A program made the position numbers and the translations under genes. DNA of 64,000 bases from Candidatus Bathyarchaeota archaeon (GTDB lineage: Archaea; Thermoproteota; Bathyarchaeia; Bathyarchaeales; Bathycorpusculaceae), in NCBI GenBank assembly GCA_963717465.1, contig OY970340.1, positions 192,001 to 256,000 of the forward strand. Reading direction: 5' to 3'. Numbering within the stretch: position 1 is the first letter of the stretch; each line of letters starts with the position of its first letter. This document shows, piece by piece, positions 30,346 through 40,485 of the stretch. A model generated the notes under the pieces. It did not search any database, was not told the origin of the DNA, and saw only the letters and a program-made list of their open reading frames with translations.

Positions 30346-31499
30346 GACAAATGTGGCAGCAAGGCCAAGGATTGGAGAAACTGGGCATCGTCGGTTTCGC
30401 TGTTGCTCCGACTTATTGGCATACGCAGCGGCAGTGGAGTGAATTCTTCAACTATTGCCCAGCGGAGCTTATCGAGGAGATTCACCGAGCCGATCGTCAT
30501 GTGATCTTGAAAGGTAACCGGCATGTCTGGTTCAAGAGTGCAGACAATCCTGATTCTCTGAGAAGCCAGGGCATCAAAGTCTTGTGGGTTGATGAGGGTG
30601 CACAGATCGTTGAGGAAGCTTGGACGCTGGCGCTAAGGCCTGCTTTAATGGATGAGAAAGGCATCGCTTTCTTCACGGGTACGCCTCGTGGGCATAACTG
30701 GTATTTTCAATTGTGGACTCGTGGGCAGGATCCTTCGCAAACTGATTATAAGAGTTGGAGTTTCCCAAGTGGCAGCAACCCGTACTTGGATCCTGCGGAG
30801 ATAGCTTCTTTTGCTCGGGATATGCCTGAGCTTGCTTATCGTCAGGAGGTTCTGGCTGAGTTTTTAGAAGATGTAGGCAGCGTTTTCCGAGGGGTGGACC
30901 GTATAGTTAAAGGCACACTTCAACTGCCTGATCCGCATAAGCAGTACGTTATCGGTGTTGACTTGGCAAAGCTCCACGACTTCACCGCCTTGACCGTCTT
31001 GGACATGGATGGGCGCTTGGTTGGTTTTGATCGTTTTAGCCAGTTAGATTGGGTTTTTCAGCGTAAACGCATAGTTCAACTGACCCAGCAGTACAATAAT
31101 GCCCGCTTACTAATCGATAGTACGGGTGTTGGTGATCCAGTCTGTGACGAGCTTCAAAGGGAGAGCGTGCGAGTTGAGGGGTACAAATTTACCAATGCTA
31201 GTAAGAAGGATTTGATTGAAAATTTGAGTATGATGATTGAGAACCAACAGATTACCATACCGCCGATTCCTGAGTTAATTAATGAGCTTAAGCTGTTCGG
31301 CTACAAAACTTCAGCGAGTGGAAATGTTCAGTATGGAGCACCCGAAGGCTACCATGACGACACTGTTATTGCTCTTGCACTTGCAGCCTGGCAAATTAAA
31401 CACAGTAACCCAGGGCCATCCTCAGGCATAGGCATTGCATTTCCAAGAAAACAAAAATATGAACGTTTGTGGATACCCGAAGAAAAAGGAAAAAATTAG
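30198..31499 (+). CDS. Terminase large subunit (head-tail virus type)
   Basis: PHPGQ, Walker A GRRWGKT, Walker B LWVDEGA, GTPRG, nuclease domain GVDLAKLHD..HDDTV. Confidence 0.92.
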   Translation: MQKTVSTKLRIRYKPHPGQRQFHFYPARFRILNCGRRWGKTVCGANEFIRQMWQQGQGLEKLGIVGFAVAPTYWHTQRQWSEFFNYCPAELIEEIHRADRHVILKGNRHVWFKSADNPDSLRSQGIKVLWVDEGAQIVEEAWTLALRPALMDEKGIAFFTGTPRGHNWYFQLWTRGQDPSQTDYKSWSFPSGSNPYLDPAEIASFARDMPELAYRQEVLAEFLEDVGSVFRGVDRIVKGTLQLPDPHKQYVIGVDLAKLHDFTALTVLDMDGRLVGFDRFSQLDWVFQRKRIVQLTQQYNNARLLIDSTGVGDPVCDELQRESVRVEGYKFTNASKKDLIENLSMMIENQQITIPPIPELINELKLFGYKTSASGNVQYGAPEGYHDDTVIALALAAWQIKHSNPGPSSGIGIAFPRKQKYERLWIPEEKGKN

Positions 31500-31912
31500 A
31501 AAAAAAGTTTGTTCTTCTGAAAAAATACTACTAGTAGAGATGTATCTACAATAAATTTGGGTTCAAGTCCATTCGTTAATAGAAGAATTTGTTTTTTTTA
31601 TCCAAAACATTTTGCCCAAGCAAGAGACTTAATATGCAAACTATTGGCAATATTAAAAAAAGAATGGGAAAAAGTTGCTTTTCAGTATAAAAGTGTACGT
31701 TGGCCATTGAATCCCTTCGGACTTGATTGCTCAGAATTTATTTTTTTAAAAAAGTCGTTCGCAGTAAAAAGAGAATTTAGTGCTTAAATGATTTATTTAT
31801 GATGATTAAAAATTGCGAAAAATGTTAAAGTATCTGCTTTGTTTATAATGCACGACTTTGAGGGTGTTTACTTGCTCACAAACGATAACACGAACCCTAA
31901 TCATGCTGGCGA

Positions 31913-33088
31913 ATGGATTTTCGACCAATAAATTCTACTGAAATATCTCAAGAGACAGCTTTTAGAGCATTAAGGCACCTTCCTCTTAAAGTCAAGAACG
32001 ATTTGTTTTCTAAGAATGAACACTTAAAGAGAAATGCGACAGGTTATTGGTATGAAGCTGCAATTTATGAATCATTGTTAAAATCGGCTTTTTCAGATCA
32101 TAATTACAAAGTGATTGCAAAGTGGGCAGATGTCCCAAAATGGAAAAGAAGGAGTCCAAAACTCGGTCAAAATGGATTATTCTATGATGAAAGTGGTGCT
32201 CTTGTGGCAAGAGGAAATGGGCAGGACCTTGGAGAGTTTGACCTCTTAATTGCGAACGGAAAAGAAACGGCATTTGTCGAGGCGTTTACATCCGACTTTA
32301 AGCTTGGAAAGATTGTTCAAGAAATTGATTATAAAAGACGTTTAATGAAAGCATTATTTTCTAATAATGTCCAATCTGTCTTAATATCTTGCTTAAATTT
32401 AAGAAATAAAACGAGTTTGGCAACTTTCAGAGATGAAAGAAGTAACTTTTTAGTTGTTACTGGCGGATTGAAAGAATTTTTGCTTAATCTTAAACCTCAG
32501 GACGTTTTCAAATTTAGTCCAATTAATATTTTTTTTAAGCAACAACTGTTATCAAACTTGGAGACTGTGAGGATCAATTACTTAGATTTGCACAATAAAT
32601 TAAGAGAAAATATCGAGATATGCTTGGCAACGAATCAGGAGATATGCTTGGATAATAGTCAATTGCTGGTGAAGCGGGTTATAATTGGCTATTTAGATAA
32701 TTCGACTTTAGAAGGATTTCTTCAAAAAGTCGCTCTGATGATAGGAGAGAGAAGAGTCACAAGCGCTAATTTGAAATTCTTTTCAAGGGTTATATTATCT
32801 TTAAGCATTCCTACATTTCGCCCTACTCTTTACTTACGAGTACTTGACAGATCTGTTTATCTTAAGATGGGCCCATTTGCTAGTTCTTCGTTTGGTTTTG
32901 AAAACAACATTAGACAAAAAAGGACGGCGTTTTTCAATTGGTTGGAATGCGTCGACTACAAAGCCAGCTTCACTTCGTTAAACAAAATATTAAATCGATA
33001 CATGAACGAAAAGAATATAATTAAAAGGAGAAAGAAAAGTGAGAAACCAGACTTGCCTTACTCTTTTTTTACAACTACTAATGCCTAA
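31913..33088 (+). CDS. Hypothetical protein with a PD-(D/E)XK-like nuclease region
   Basis: GYWYE..GEFDLLI..FVEA (the canonical Lys is not evident); AT-rich. Confidence 0.55.
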   Translation: MDFRPINSTEISQETAFRALRHLPLKVKNDLFSKNEHLKRNATGYWYEAAIYESLLKSAFSDHNYKVIAKWADVPKWKRRSPKLGQNGLFYDESGALVARGNGQDLGEFDLLIANGKETAFVEAFTSDFKLGKIVQEIDYKRRLMKALFSNNVQSVLISCLNLRNKTSLATFRDERSNFLVVTGGLKEFLLNLKPQDVFKFSPINIFFKQQLLSNLETVRINYLDLHNKLRENIEICLATNQEICLDNSQLLVKRVIIGYLDNSTLEGFLQKVALMIGERRVTSANLKFFSRVILSLSIPTFRPTLYLRVLDRSVYLKMGPFASSSFGFENNIRQKRTAFFNWLECVDYKASFTSLNKILNRYMNEKNIIKRRKKSEKPDLPYSFFTTTNA

Positions 33089-33359
33089 CTGACAAGATCT
33101 CGGAATTTAGGAAAAATATTTTCAATGCGATGATTTCTTCATTCGTTTAATGGGCTTTCAAATTCGACGGCGTTTTAAAAGCCTGCTTTGATTAGAGCAG
33201 ATTTTTGATGTATTTTTGCGATTTTTGAGATGTCGTCTATTTCTCTCTGAAATAATGCTTCTTCAAGTTGAGACTTAAGGAGGTTCTGCCAAATGATAAC
33301 ATACAGTTTGATGATTCTATAAAGCATAGTGTGCTTTGCAAGGACAAGCAAAGCACGTA

Positions 33360-34349
33360 TTACGAAACGGATGCATCTGTAATGTATTTAATAATTAGGT
33401 TAAGAAAAAGTTTAGGCGGGCTGGCAGATTTTAGAGCGTATATTTTGTTTACACCATAGTTATTAATCGCTTTACGTAATGCTCCTTTAAATTTGGCTTC
33501 TCGTTCATTAAAAGGAAAACTTGAATAAAATTTACGTGAGTACACTTGGAAAGTCTGATATGGGTTTTTTGGATCAAAAGCTTTTTTATCTGATTTAGGA
33601 ACACGTTCTGATCGGTCCGCATGCAACCACTTAATCTCTCGGGGGTCATCTTTATTATTGACAACTAGTACCCAGTCGCCTTTTTTAAAATATTTTTTTG
33701 GAGCAGAAACAAGATCTACATTTTCAATTTGAGCATTCGTAAGTTCATATTCATTTTTCAAGATTTTTTTAACACTTTGAGCGGTAACACACGTTCCATC
33801 GATCAATGCAAGTTTCCATTTTTGTCTCCAAAGTGATTCATACCATTCGCGGTAAGATTGAATTCTGGCATTTCTAAAGATTCTTGGATTTTGCGCGAAG
33901 TATTCTCTTGGTTCAACATCTAATTTTTTGAGATCTTTTTCACTAACCTGACGTATTGGTCGGATTGATTGTATAATTCGGTCAATATCGATGTCTTTTG
34001 ATTCGAGAAGTATGCCTACTTCCTTTAGATTTCCACAGCCTAGAGCATTTGTTGAAAGATTAGCGGAAGTAATGATGGCACCTTGGTCTTCAGTCCAGTA
34101 GACTTTCATGTGGAGTGAATCTGAAAAAAAGACGTTGGCATCATTCTTGATTATCTTTCTAAGCGTGTTGGGATTGGTGCTTCCTGGCTTAGGCCAACAG
34201 TAGATTTCCATCTTCTTTGTTTTTCCAAGGTACACTTCTGCTCCATCACCCACAAATGCACTTACGGCAACTCGTCGTCCTTTGGATGATTCAAAAAGGT
34301 TAACAACAGCTTGGCGCACCTCACCTGATGTATATAGTATTTTTTGCAA
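33360..34349 (-). CDS. PLD-family (HKD) nuclease-domain protein
   Basis: VSAFVG, LHMKVY, ITSANLSTNAL, EVG. Confidence 0.8.
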   Translation of the reverse strand: MQKILYTSGEVRQAVVNLFESSKGRRVAVSAFVGDGAEVYLGKTKKMEIYCWPKPGSTNPNTLRKIIKNDANVFFSDSLHMKVYWTEDQGAIITSANLSTNALGCGNLKEVGILLESKDIDIDRIIQSIRPIRQVSEKDLKKLDVEPREYFAQNPRIFRNARIQSYREWYESLWRQKWKLALIDGTCVTAQSVKKILKNEYELTNAQIENVDLVSAPKKYFKKGDWVLVVNNKDDPREIKWLHADRSERVPKSDKKAFDPKNPYQTFQVYSRKFYSSFPFNEREAKFKGALRKAINNYGVNKIYALKSASPPKLFLNLIIKYITDASVS

Positions 34350-34559
34350 TTTTCTAATCCCCCAGATAAATTTTACTATTTTGCAGAGAATAAAAAACTA
34401 TTCATTAGTTGTTTTAGTAGTATTTGATTCGCAAGCAAGATGAGAATCAGGCTATATTTTCATTTCTTCTATGCAAAAAGAGCCTGAGTAGATGATATTC
34501 TAAAAAAGGAGAAAGTAGCTGCGTAGAATTAGGAGAATTGGCGATGTCGCCAGCCTGTT

Positions 34560-34587
34560 GAGGATTCGAATCCCTCCCCGCCCGCCA
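34560..34587 (+). other. tRNA 3'-end fragment (att-like site)
   Basis: GAGGA-TTCGAAT-CCCTC T-arm, CCCGCCC acceptor strand, G, CCA; no matching 5' half upstream. Confidence 0.72.
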
Positions 34588-34624
34588 CGGACAAACTCTC
34601 GTCCGTTTTGGCTCGGATGATAAT

Positions 34625-34852
34625 TATTTTCTTTTTTCTGAAAACCTTGTTGGTTCCGAAGTCGCAAACGAATTCAAAGCTAGCTTCAATTAGTTGACAG
34701 GTCTCCTGTTCTGCATGGGCTATTCTGGCGATATAGTCATCTTCTTTGAAGTCGACAAGCTGAGTGTACGTTAGAGTGCTTCTTATGCTCTTATGGCCTA
34801 ACACTTGCATGACGTGCAGTACATTTTTGGTTTTATGGTATTCCAGGGTGGT
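34625..34852 (-). pseudogene. C-terminal remnant of a tyrosine recombinase/integrase
   Basis: LEYHKTKNVLHVMQVLGHKSIRSTLTYTQL carries the LGH and catalytic Tyr; N-terminal part absent; converges on the tRNA fragment. Confidence 0.85.
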
Positions 34853-34984
34853 GATAATATTAAATAAGATTCCTATGTAAATCTATTACAAACCATCAAG
34901 TTGACTCAAGTAATTTGCTAGAAATAGATGAAGAGGAATTGAATTAAAGTGTCATTTTTTCCAAGGATTTATCTCTGTTTTCGT

Positions 34985-35548
34985 TTATTTTTCTATCGCT
35001 ACCAGTAGCCACAATCCGTTCGACTCAACAAGTTGATATCCTTCTGAAGCCATTTTATTATTAATTTCTAAGATATTTTGTCTCACCCCATCACCAAAAA
35101 ACCATTCTGGATTTGCGATTCCACAAGCAATTGCAAAAATCATTTGAGAAGAAATTCTTTTTGGGAATTCCACTTTTTTTATTATTTGATAAATTCTATT
35201 GGATTCCTGTCGCATTGCACGGATAAGGCTCTCGGTTATAGGTGATTTCCCTTCTCCTAGATAATGCAAATTGTAGTACAGCCCTTGTTTGGGATAGAGT
35301 CTTAACATAACTAGATTGTCTGCATTTCGAACTGATATTCTGATTTTGCCAATATCTTGTGTCAGGCTCTCTATAACTTCGAAAACTTCTGGTCTGTCTC
35401 TCGCCAATTCAAGTATAATTTTCTTAATGTTGCAAACATCTAAAAGCTTATAACTTAAGTTATTCTTCAAATTAAGTTCTCCAACCCGGTAAGCTAAAGT
35501 ATCAACATCGACTAGTTCTTGTTCTTCAATGATGTACGGCAGCAGCAA
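34985..35548 (-). CDS. Hypothetical protein, possibly 5'-truncated
   Basis: 187 aa ORF with no recognisable motif. Confidence 0.5.
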   Translation of the reverse strand: MLLPYIIEEQELVDVDTLAYRVGELNLKNNLSYKLLDVCNIKKIILELARDRPEVFEVIESLTQDIGKIRISVRNADNLVMLRLYPKQGLYYNLHYLGEGKSPITESLIRAMRQESNRIYQIIKKVEFPKRISSQMIFAIACGIANPEWFFGDGVRQNILEINNKMASEGYQLVESNGLWLLVAIEK

Positions 35549-35590
35549 TAAGCGTTATAAGGTGAAAAACTAACTTAGTTCTGAGAAGGT

Positions 35591-35785
35591 ATGACAATCG
35601 AAGTTGATTTGAAAGAAATAAAATCGCTACTTTCTGAGGTAAGCAGCAAAATAGATTCTTTACTAGAGCAAAAAGACACCAGTGCTCTCATGGCTCTAGA
35701 AGAGAAGTCTCTTAAAGATTTCCTTGAAGGTGAACCTGATATTTACTCGATTAAAGATATCAAGTCAAAGGTTAAAGGTAATTGA
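35591..35785 (+). CDS. Putative antitoxin
   Basis: 64 aa, SLKDFLEGEPDIYS; overlaps the toxin start. Confidence 0.7.
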   Translation: MTIEVDLKEIKSLLSEVSSKIDSLLEQKDTSALMALEEKSLKDFLEGEPDIYSIKDIKSKVKGN

Positions 35786-36108
35786 AAGGGAAAATAGTTC
35801 TTATCCCATTTCCGTTCACTGATTTAACATCAAGTAAGTTAAGGCCCGCGCTTGTGCTGCATGAAGGAGAAAAAGATGTTGTAGTAGCTTTCATTTCATC
35901 CAGAGTAGCAAAAGCAAAACCCCTTGATGTATTAATCAACGAGGCACATTCAGAATTCGAAGGTACAGGGCTCAAATTATCATCAACTATTAAACTCGAC
36001 AAGATAGCGACAGTTTCAAAGGATTTGATTCTTGGAGAAATAGGCAAAGCCGGCCCCAAACTTAAAAAAGAAATAAACAATAAAATCTCAAAAACTCTTT
36101 TGCTCTAA
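35782..36108 (+). CDS. PemK/MazF-family toxin
   Basis: GKIVLIPFPFTD..KLRPALV..ISS..TGL..S.IKLDKI. Confidence 0.88.
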   Translation: MKGKIVLIPFPFTDLTSSKLRPALVLHEGEKDVVVAFISSRVAKAKPLDVLINEAHSEFEGTGLKLSSTIKLDKIATVSKDLILGEIGKAGPKLKKEINNKISKTLLL

Positions 36109-36274
36109 CCATGTGCTTGCTTTTAATGGGGTAAAATTGAGAAGAAATTTGACAAGCTTACGGAATACCTAAAAACGTGTTGCCTCTAACCAAACTATCG
36201 TTTGCATCATATGTGAGGCATTGAGTACAAGCGTTATCAGCATGAACACCTCAAACCAAACCTCACACAACACC

Positions 36275-36910
36275 AGCGTTTTCCGTGGGGTTGACCGTAT
36301 AGTTAAAGGCGCCCTTCAACCGCCTGACCTGCATAAACAGTATGTATTGGGCGTTGACTTGGCAAAGCTCCATGATTTCACTGTCTTGGTAGTTTTGGAT
36401 TTGGATGGGCATTTGGTTGCTTTTGACCGTTTTAGCCAGTTAGATTGGGTTTTCCAGCGTAAACGAATAGTTCAACTTGCCCAACAATACAACAACGCCC
36501 GCTTACTGATCGATAGCAGTGGAGTTGGTGATCCAGTCTGTGACGAGCTTCAAAGGAAGAACGTGCAACTAGAGGGGCACAAGTTTACCTATGCGTCCAA
36601 GAAGGATTTGATTGAAAACTTAAGTATGATTATTGAGAACCAACAGGTTACCATTCCGCCGATTCCCGAGTTAATCAATGAGCTTAAGCTGTTCGGCTAC
36701 AAAACTTTAGCAAGCGGAAATTTCCATTATGGAGCACCCGAAGGCTACCATGACGACACTGTTATTGCTCTTGCGCTTGCAGCTTGGCAGATTAAACATA
36801 ATAACCAAAAACCATCATCAGGCATAAGCATTGCATTTCCAAGGAAACAAAAATATTATCTACTACATAAAGAGCAAGAGCTTTTCGACAAGGCAATAAT
36901 TACATTATAG
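36275..36910 (+). pseudogene. Duplicate of the terminase C-terminal nuclease half; frame open, ATPase half missing
   Basis: SVFRGVDRIVKG through IAFPRKQKY is nearly identical to terL ~30879-31460. Confidence 0.88.
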
Positions 36911-36961
36911 AACACTACTAATGCACGCTCTCATGTGGGTGCGGTCTCAAAATGCTTTTCT

Positions 36962-39268
36962 TTAGTTCTTTTGATTATTAGGCGGAGTATTGTTTCGGTT
37001 GTCACTAATTGCCATCAGATGTCGCAAAATAATGGTTGCAGCCTTTTTGTCTAATGGTTCGTTTTCATTGCCACATTTTGGTGAATAAATGCATGATGGG
37101 CAGCCGTCTTTGCACTCGCAATTTTCAATTAATTTAAGGGTCTTTTCCCAGAGCGGTTTTACGTTTAAGTAGAGGTTTTCCGATATTCCGATTCCGCCTT
37201 CAAACCCATCATAAACAAAGATGGTTGGTTCTCCCGTGTCTGGGTGAAGAGGTGTCGATAGTCCGCCTATATCCCACCTGTCACACATCGCAAATATTGG
37301 TGACATAGCTATCATTGCGTGTTCAACAGCATGAAGCCCTCCATTAAAATCAAGTTCTTGTGTTTCAATTTCGTCTCTGAGCTCTTCTGGAATTAAGAAC
37401 CACATACCGACTGTTGTGAAAGTCAACGGGGGCAAATTTAGTGGCTGTCTTTTGATAACTTCATCATAAGTTTTTGTAACATAGGTGTGGCAGTTTTCAG
37501 TAATGGCTAATTCTCCCAGTCCAACTTTGACTCCATTTTGCTTCTCTTCAAAGGTTTTCTTTATTGCTACATCGACGGTTTTCAATGCTTCCGTGTAGTA
37601 ATTGACATCTTCTTGCCTGACTCTTGCCGTTAATTGTTCGAGGTCAAGTTCTTCCGATATGTAGGTTTCTCCCTGATGCAGCAAGACTGCTCCTGCATGT
37701 ACTTCTTCATATGCTTTGTTTAGAGTCAGAGTTTCGAGCAGGTTTCCGTTGCAGGAAACCGTAACTGTTTTATCTGAAATGCTTTCAAGACTTACAACTT
37801 CAACAGGTCGTGCAGTCCCCGAATAAACCCATCCTCTGGGTGTTTTGCGGACAAGATGCTGTTGCTCCAATGCTTGAATACTTTCTGAAAAAAGCTCTGG
37901 GAAAAATTGTTTATCACTGTCAGTAATAGGTAGTTCGCTGGCTGCGCACATGATGTGCCCCAGAGAGACATACTGGTTGTGCAAATCGATAATGGCTTGC
38001 TCATGTGGTCTTCCAAAGAAGTCCTGTGGATGTTTCATGAAGTATTGGTCAAGCGGGTTTTGAAAAGCAACAAGAGATACCAGCGAATCTGCGTTGGTTC
38101 TGCCAGCACGTCCTGCTTGCTGCCAAGTGGATATGATTGTTCCGGGATAGCCAGATATTATTACAGAATCAAGAGATCCTATGTCGATTCCAAGCTCCAA
38201 CGCATTAGTAGAGACGACTCCGATCAAGCTCTTACTTTTTAGTCTGTTCTCTATGTCTCTTCTCTCTTGTGGGAGATAGCCTGCCCTATAAGCTGTTACC
38301 GCGTTTGATAGTTTGGCTGATCTTTTTCTAAGCTCTTCTTTAGTCCATCGGGTGATAAGTTCAGCCATTTGTCTGGATGTGGTAAAACAAAGAGTTTGCA
38401 GGTTTTTCAAGACGCTAAGTGTTAGGAGATCTTTGGTTTCTTGGTGGGTAGATCTGCGAATTGTATTATTTGAATCAATGAATGGCGGGTTCCAAAAAAC
38501 GAATGATTTCTTTCCCCTCGGGGCGCCGTCATTTGAGATAATCTCGAAGTCTTTTCCAGTTAATTTCTTGGCATGCTCTTCAGGGTTAGCGATTGTTGCG
38601 GATGAGAGTATGATTTGTGGGTCTGCATGATAATAATTGCATATTCTCATTAGACGTCTAAGGAGCATAGCTACGTTAGAACCGAATACTCCTCGGTAAA
38701 CGTGGGCTTCATCGATTATTATGAATTTGAGATTTTGTAGAAAAGTCCGCCATTTGTAGTGCCATGGAAGGTATTGGTGAAGACCATATGGATTGGTTAA
38801 GATGATTTTTGAGTTTTCCCGTATGCTTGCTCGTTGATGTTGGGGTGTGTCCCCATCGTAAATATTAGGTGATGCTTCAATTCCTATTTCTTTTTCAAAT
38901 TCTTTTAGTACTTTTAGTTGGTCATTTGTTAATGCTTTTGTGGGGTAAAGGTAAAGTGCAGTTGCTTTCTTGTCTTTTGTGAGAGCTTCAAGAACTGGGA
39001 TGTTGAAGGCTAGAGTTTTCCCTGAGGCTGTTGGTGTAACTATAACTACGTTTTTGCCTTGACGGGCTTTATTTATGGCTTCGGCTTGGTGGGAATAAAA
39101 AGTGATTTTCCTGTTCAGCAAGCAAGTTTGGATATTCTCTGGAAGAGAATTCTCAAGCTCGCTAAAGCTTGCTTTTTGGGCGGGAATTTCTTCGATATGT
39201 ACAATTTGTTTTTTGTAAGACTGCATCAGCTTTATGCTTTTGATGAATTCATCGATCAAAGATTCCAT
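36962..39268 (-). CDS. DEAH-box helicase with DUF1998 (MrfA/Hrq1/SftH-like)
   Basis: PTASGKT, YPTKAL, YDGDT, DEAH, ALELGIDIG, QQAGRAGR, C-terminal CECKDGCPSC..PKCGN. Confidence 0.92.
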   Translation of the reverse strand: MESLIDEFIKSIKLMQSYKKQIVHIEEIPAQKASFSELENSLPENIQTCLLNRKITFYSHQAEAINKARQGKNVVIVTPTASGKTLAFNIPVLEALTKDKKATALYLYPTKALTNDQLKVLKEFEKEIGIEASPNIYDGDTPQHQRASIRENSKIILTNPYGLHQYLPWHYKWRTFLQNLKFIIIDEAHVYRGVFGSNVAMLLRRLMRICNYYHADPQIILSSATIANPEEHAKKLTGKDFEIISNDGAPRGKKSFVFWNPPFIDSNNTIRRSTHQETKDLLTLSVLKNLQTLCFTTSRQMAELITRWTKEELRKRSAKLSNAVTAYRAGYLPQERRDIENRLKSKSLIGVVSTNALELGIDIGSLDSVIISGYPGTIISTWQQAGRAGRTNADSLVSLVAFQNPLDQYFMKHPQDFFGRPHEQAIIDLHNQYVSLGHIMCAASELPITDSDKQFFPELFSESIQALEQQHLVRKTPRGWVYSGTARPVEVVSLESISDKTVTVSCNGNLLETLTLNKAYEEVHAGAVLLHQGETYISEELDLEQLTARVRQEDVNYYTEALKTVDVAIKKTFEEKQNGVKVGLGELAITENCHTYVTKTYDEVIKRQPLNLPPLTFTTVGMWFLIPEELRDEIETQELDFNGGLHAVEHAMIAMSPIFAMCDRWDIGGLSTPLHPDTGEPTIFVYDGFEGGIGISENLYLNVKPLWEKTLKLIENCECKDGCPSCIYSPKCGNENEPLDKKAATIILRHLMAISDNRNNTPPNNQKN

Positions 39269-40485
39269 TCCTCATAAAGCTTAGAAAAAAGCGTTCCAAG
39301 AGTTAGCAAATCTTGTTTGTTGTGTTCAACTATAGGAACAAGTGGTCCTACATTTTTCGTTCTCAAGTATGTATCGTAAAAGTGAGGAACTAATGCTCCA
39401 GGAATATTGATGTCTCTTTTAATGCCAATGTATCTTTCAACCGTGTCAAGCCTGCAATCTGAGAGCTTAGGCTTTAGTGCCCTTCTGGTAAAATGAAGAA
39501 GGTCAAAATGGGGATTATCCAAAGGTGAATCCAATCCATAGTAGGCTAACCTTTGCTTTATGTAGGGAATGTCAAAACTTCTGCCGTTATAAGTTATTAG
39601 TGATAATTTCGGTTCAAGTTCTGAAATAAGTGCCCAGATAGCGCTAGGTTCATCTGGAATATCTCTAAGCAAAAACTGACTTGTACAGATTTTGTCTTTG
39701 TCTGGTTTAGCTAATCCTAGCAGAATTATGGGTCTCTCTGAGAGACCTAAGGTTTCTATGTCTATTATTGCGAAGTCTTGATCTTGACAAAATCCTGCTA
39801 AATAGTGAAGGAGAGGATGGGATTTGGGAAGTCTTTCCAATAACCATTTTTGGGTCGAATCCATTTCTTTTTTGTCTATCATTTTTATGAATTCGCGGGC
39901 TTGTCTTTTCCAGATTGGATGGTTCTCAAGTTCTTCTATTGTATTGTAACCTTGCTGTTTTAGCATCTGTTCACGGAATGGCCCTATTCCAGGAAGCACC
40001 TTAAGGTCGGAAATTATTATCCGCCTACTCTCTTCATAAGAGGCTTTTTTAAAAGTTGATGCGCAAGAAGCAGAGATAGCATAACATTCGCCTTGCTTGT
40101 TTGAAATCACCTTTCCGGGGATGACGTCTTCTAAGTTTTTGCCTTCGTATTTTTGGGTTAACTCTTTTTCGAGTTTTAGCGCTTCATCATACTCAGAACT
40201 CCACATCCAACTTTCAAATGAAGGTCCTTTCGACTGTTCCTTTTCTGTTTCAGATACTACCTCAAACTCTTTTGAGCGACCTATTCTCTGTCTAAGACTT
40301 TCTGCTGCCCTATTTAATGCAAATTTTTCTCTGAAGGAATTACTTCTTGTTTTGGGATCTATGTATTCTTCTTTTTTGAAACTCAAAATCAAGAATAAAC
40401 CGCATGTTCTGCAAAATCTGTCCTGTGCATACTCTTCTTTTGAATAAGTTTTTCCACATTTTCTGCAAGCATAATGAAAGGTCAA
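39256..40485 (-). CDS. RNase_H_2/YprB(MrfB)-like exonuclease with N-terminal zinc ribbon and HhH
   Basis: CRKC..CRTC, LPGIGP, IDIETLGL, TYNGRSFD.P, HFDL, HNKQDL. Confidence 0.87.
   Translation of the reverse strand: MTFHYACRKCGKTYSKEEYAQDRFCRTCGLFLILSFKKEEYIDPKTRSNSFREKFALNRAAESLRQRIGRSKEFEVVSETEKEQSKGPSFESWMWSSEYDEALKLEKELTQKYEGKNLEDVIPGKVISNKQGECYAISASCASTFKKASYEESRRIIISDLKVLPGIGPFREQMLKQQGYNTIEELENHPIWKRQAREFIKMIDKKEMDSTQKWLLERLPKSHPLLHYLAGFCQDQDFAIIDIETLGLSERPIILLGLAKPDKDKICTSQFLLRDIPDEPSAIWALISELEPKLSLITYNGRSFDIPYIKQRLAYYGLDSPLDNPHFDLLHFTRRALKPKLSDCRLDTVERYIGIKRDINIPGALVPHFYDTYLRTKNVGPLVPIVEHNKQDLLTLGTLFSKLYEEWNL

Noticed and set aside
29776..36910. Intact provirus
   Set aside because: No recognisable portal, capsid, tail or replication genes, and the integrase is only a C-terminal fragment.
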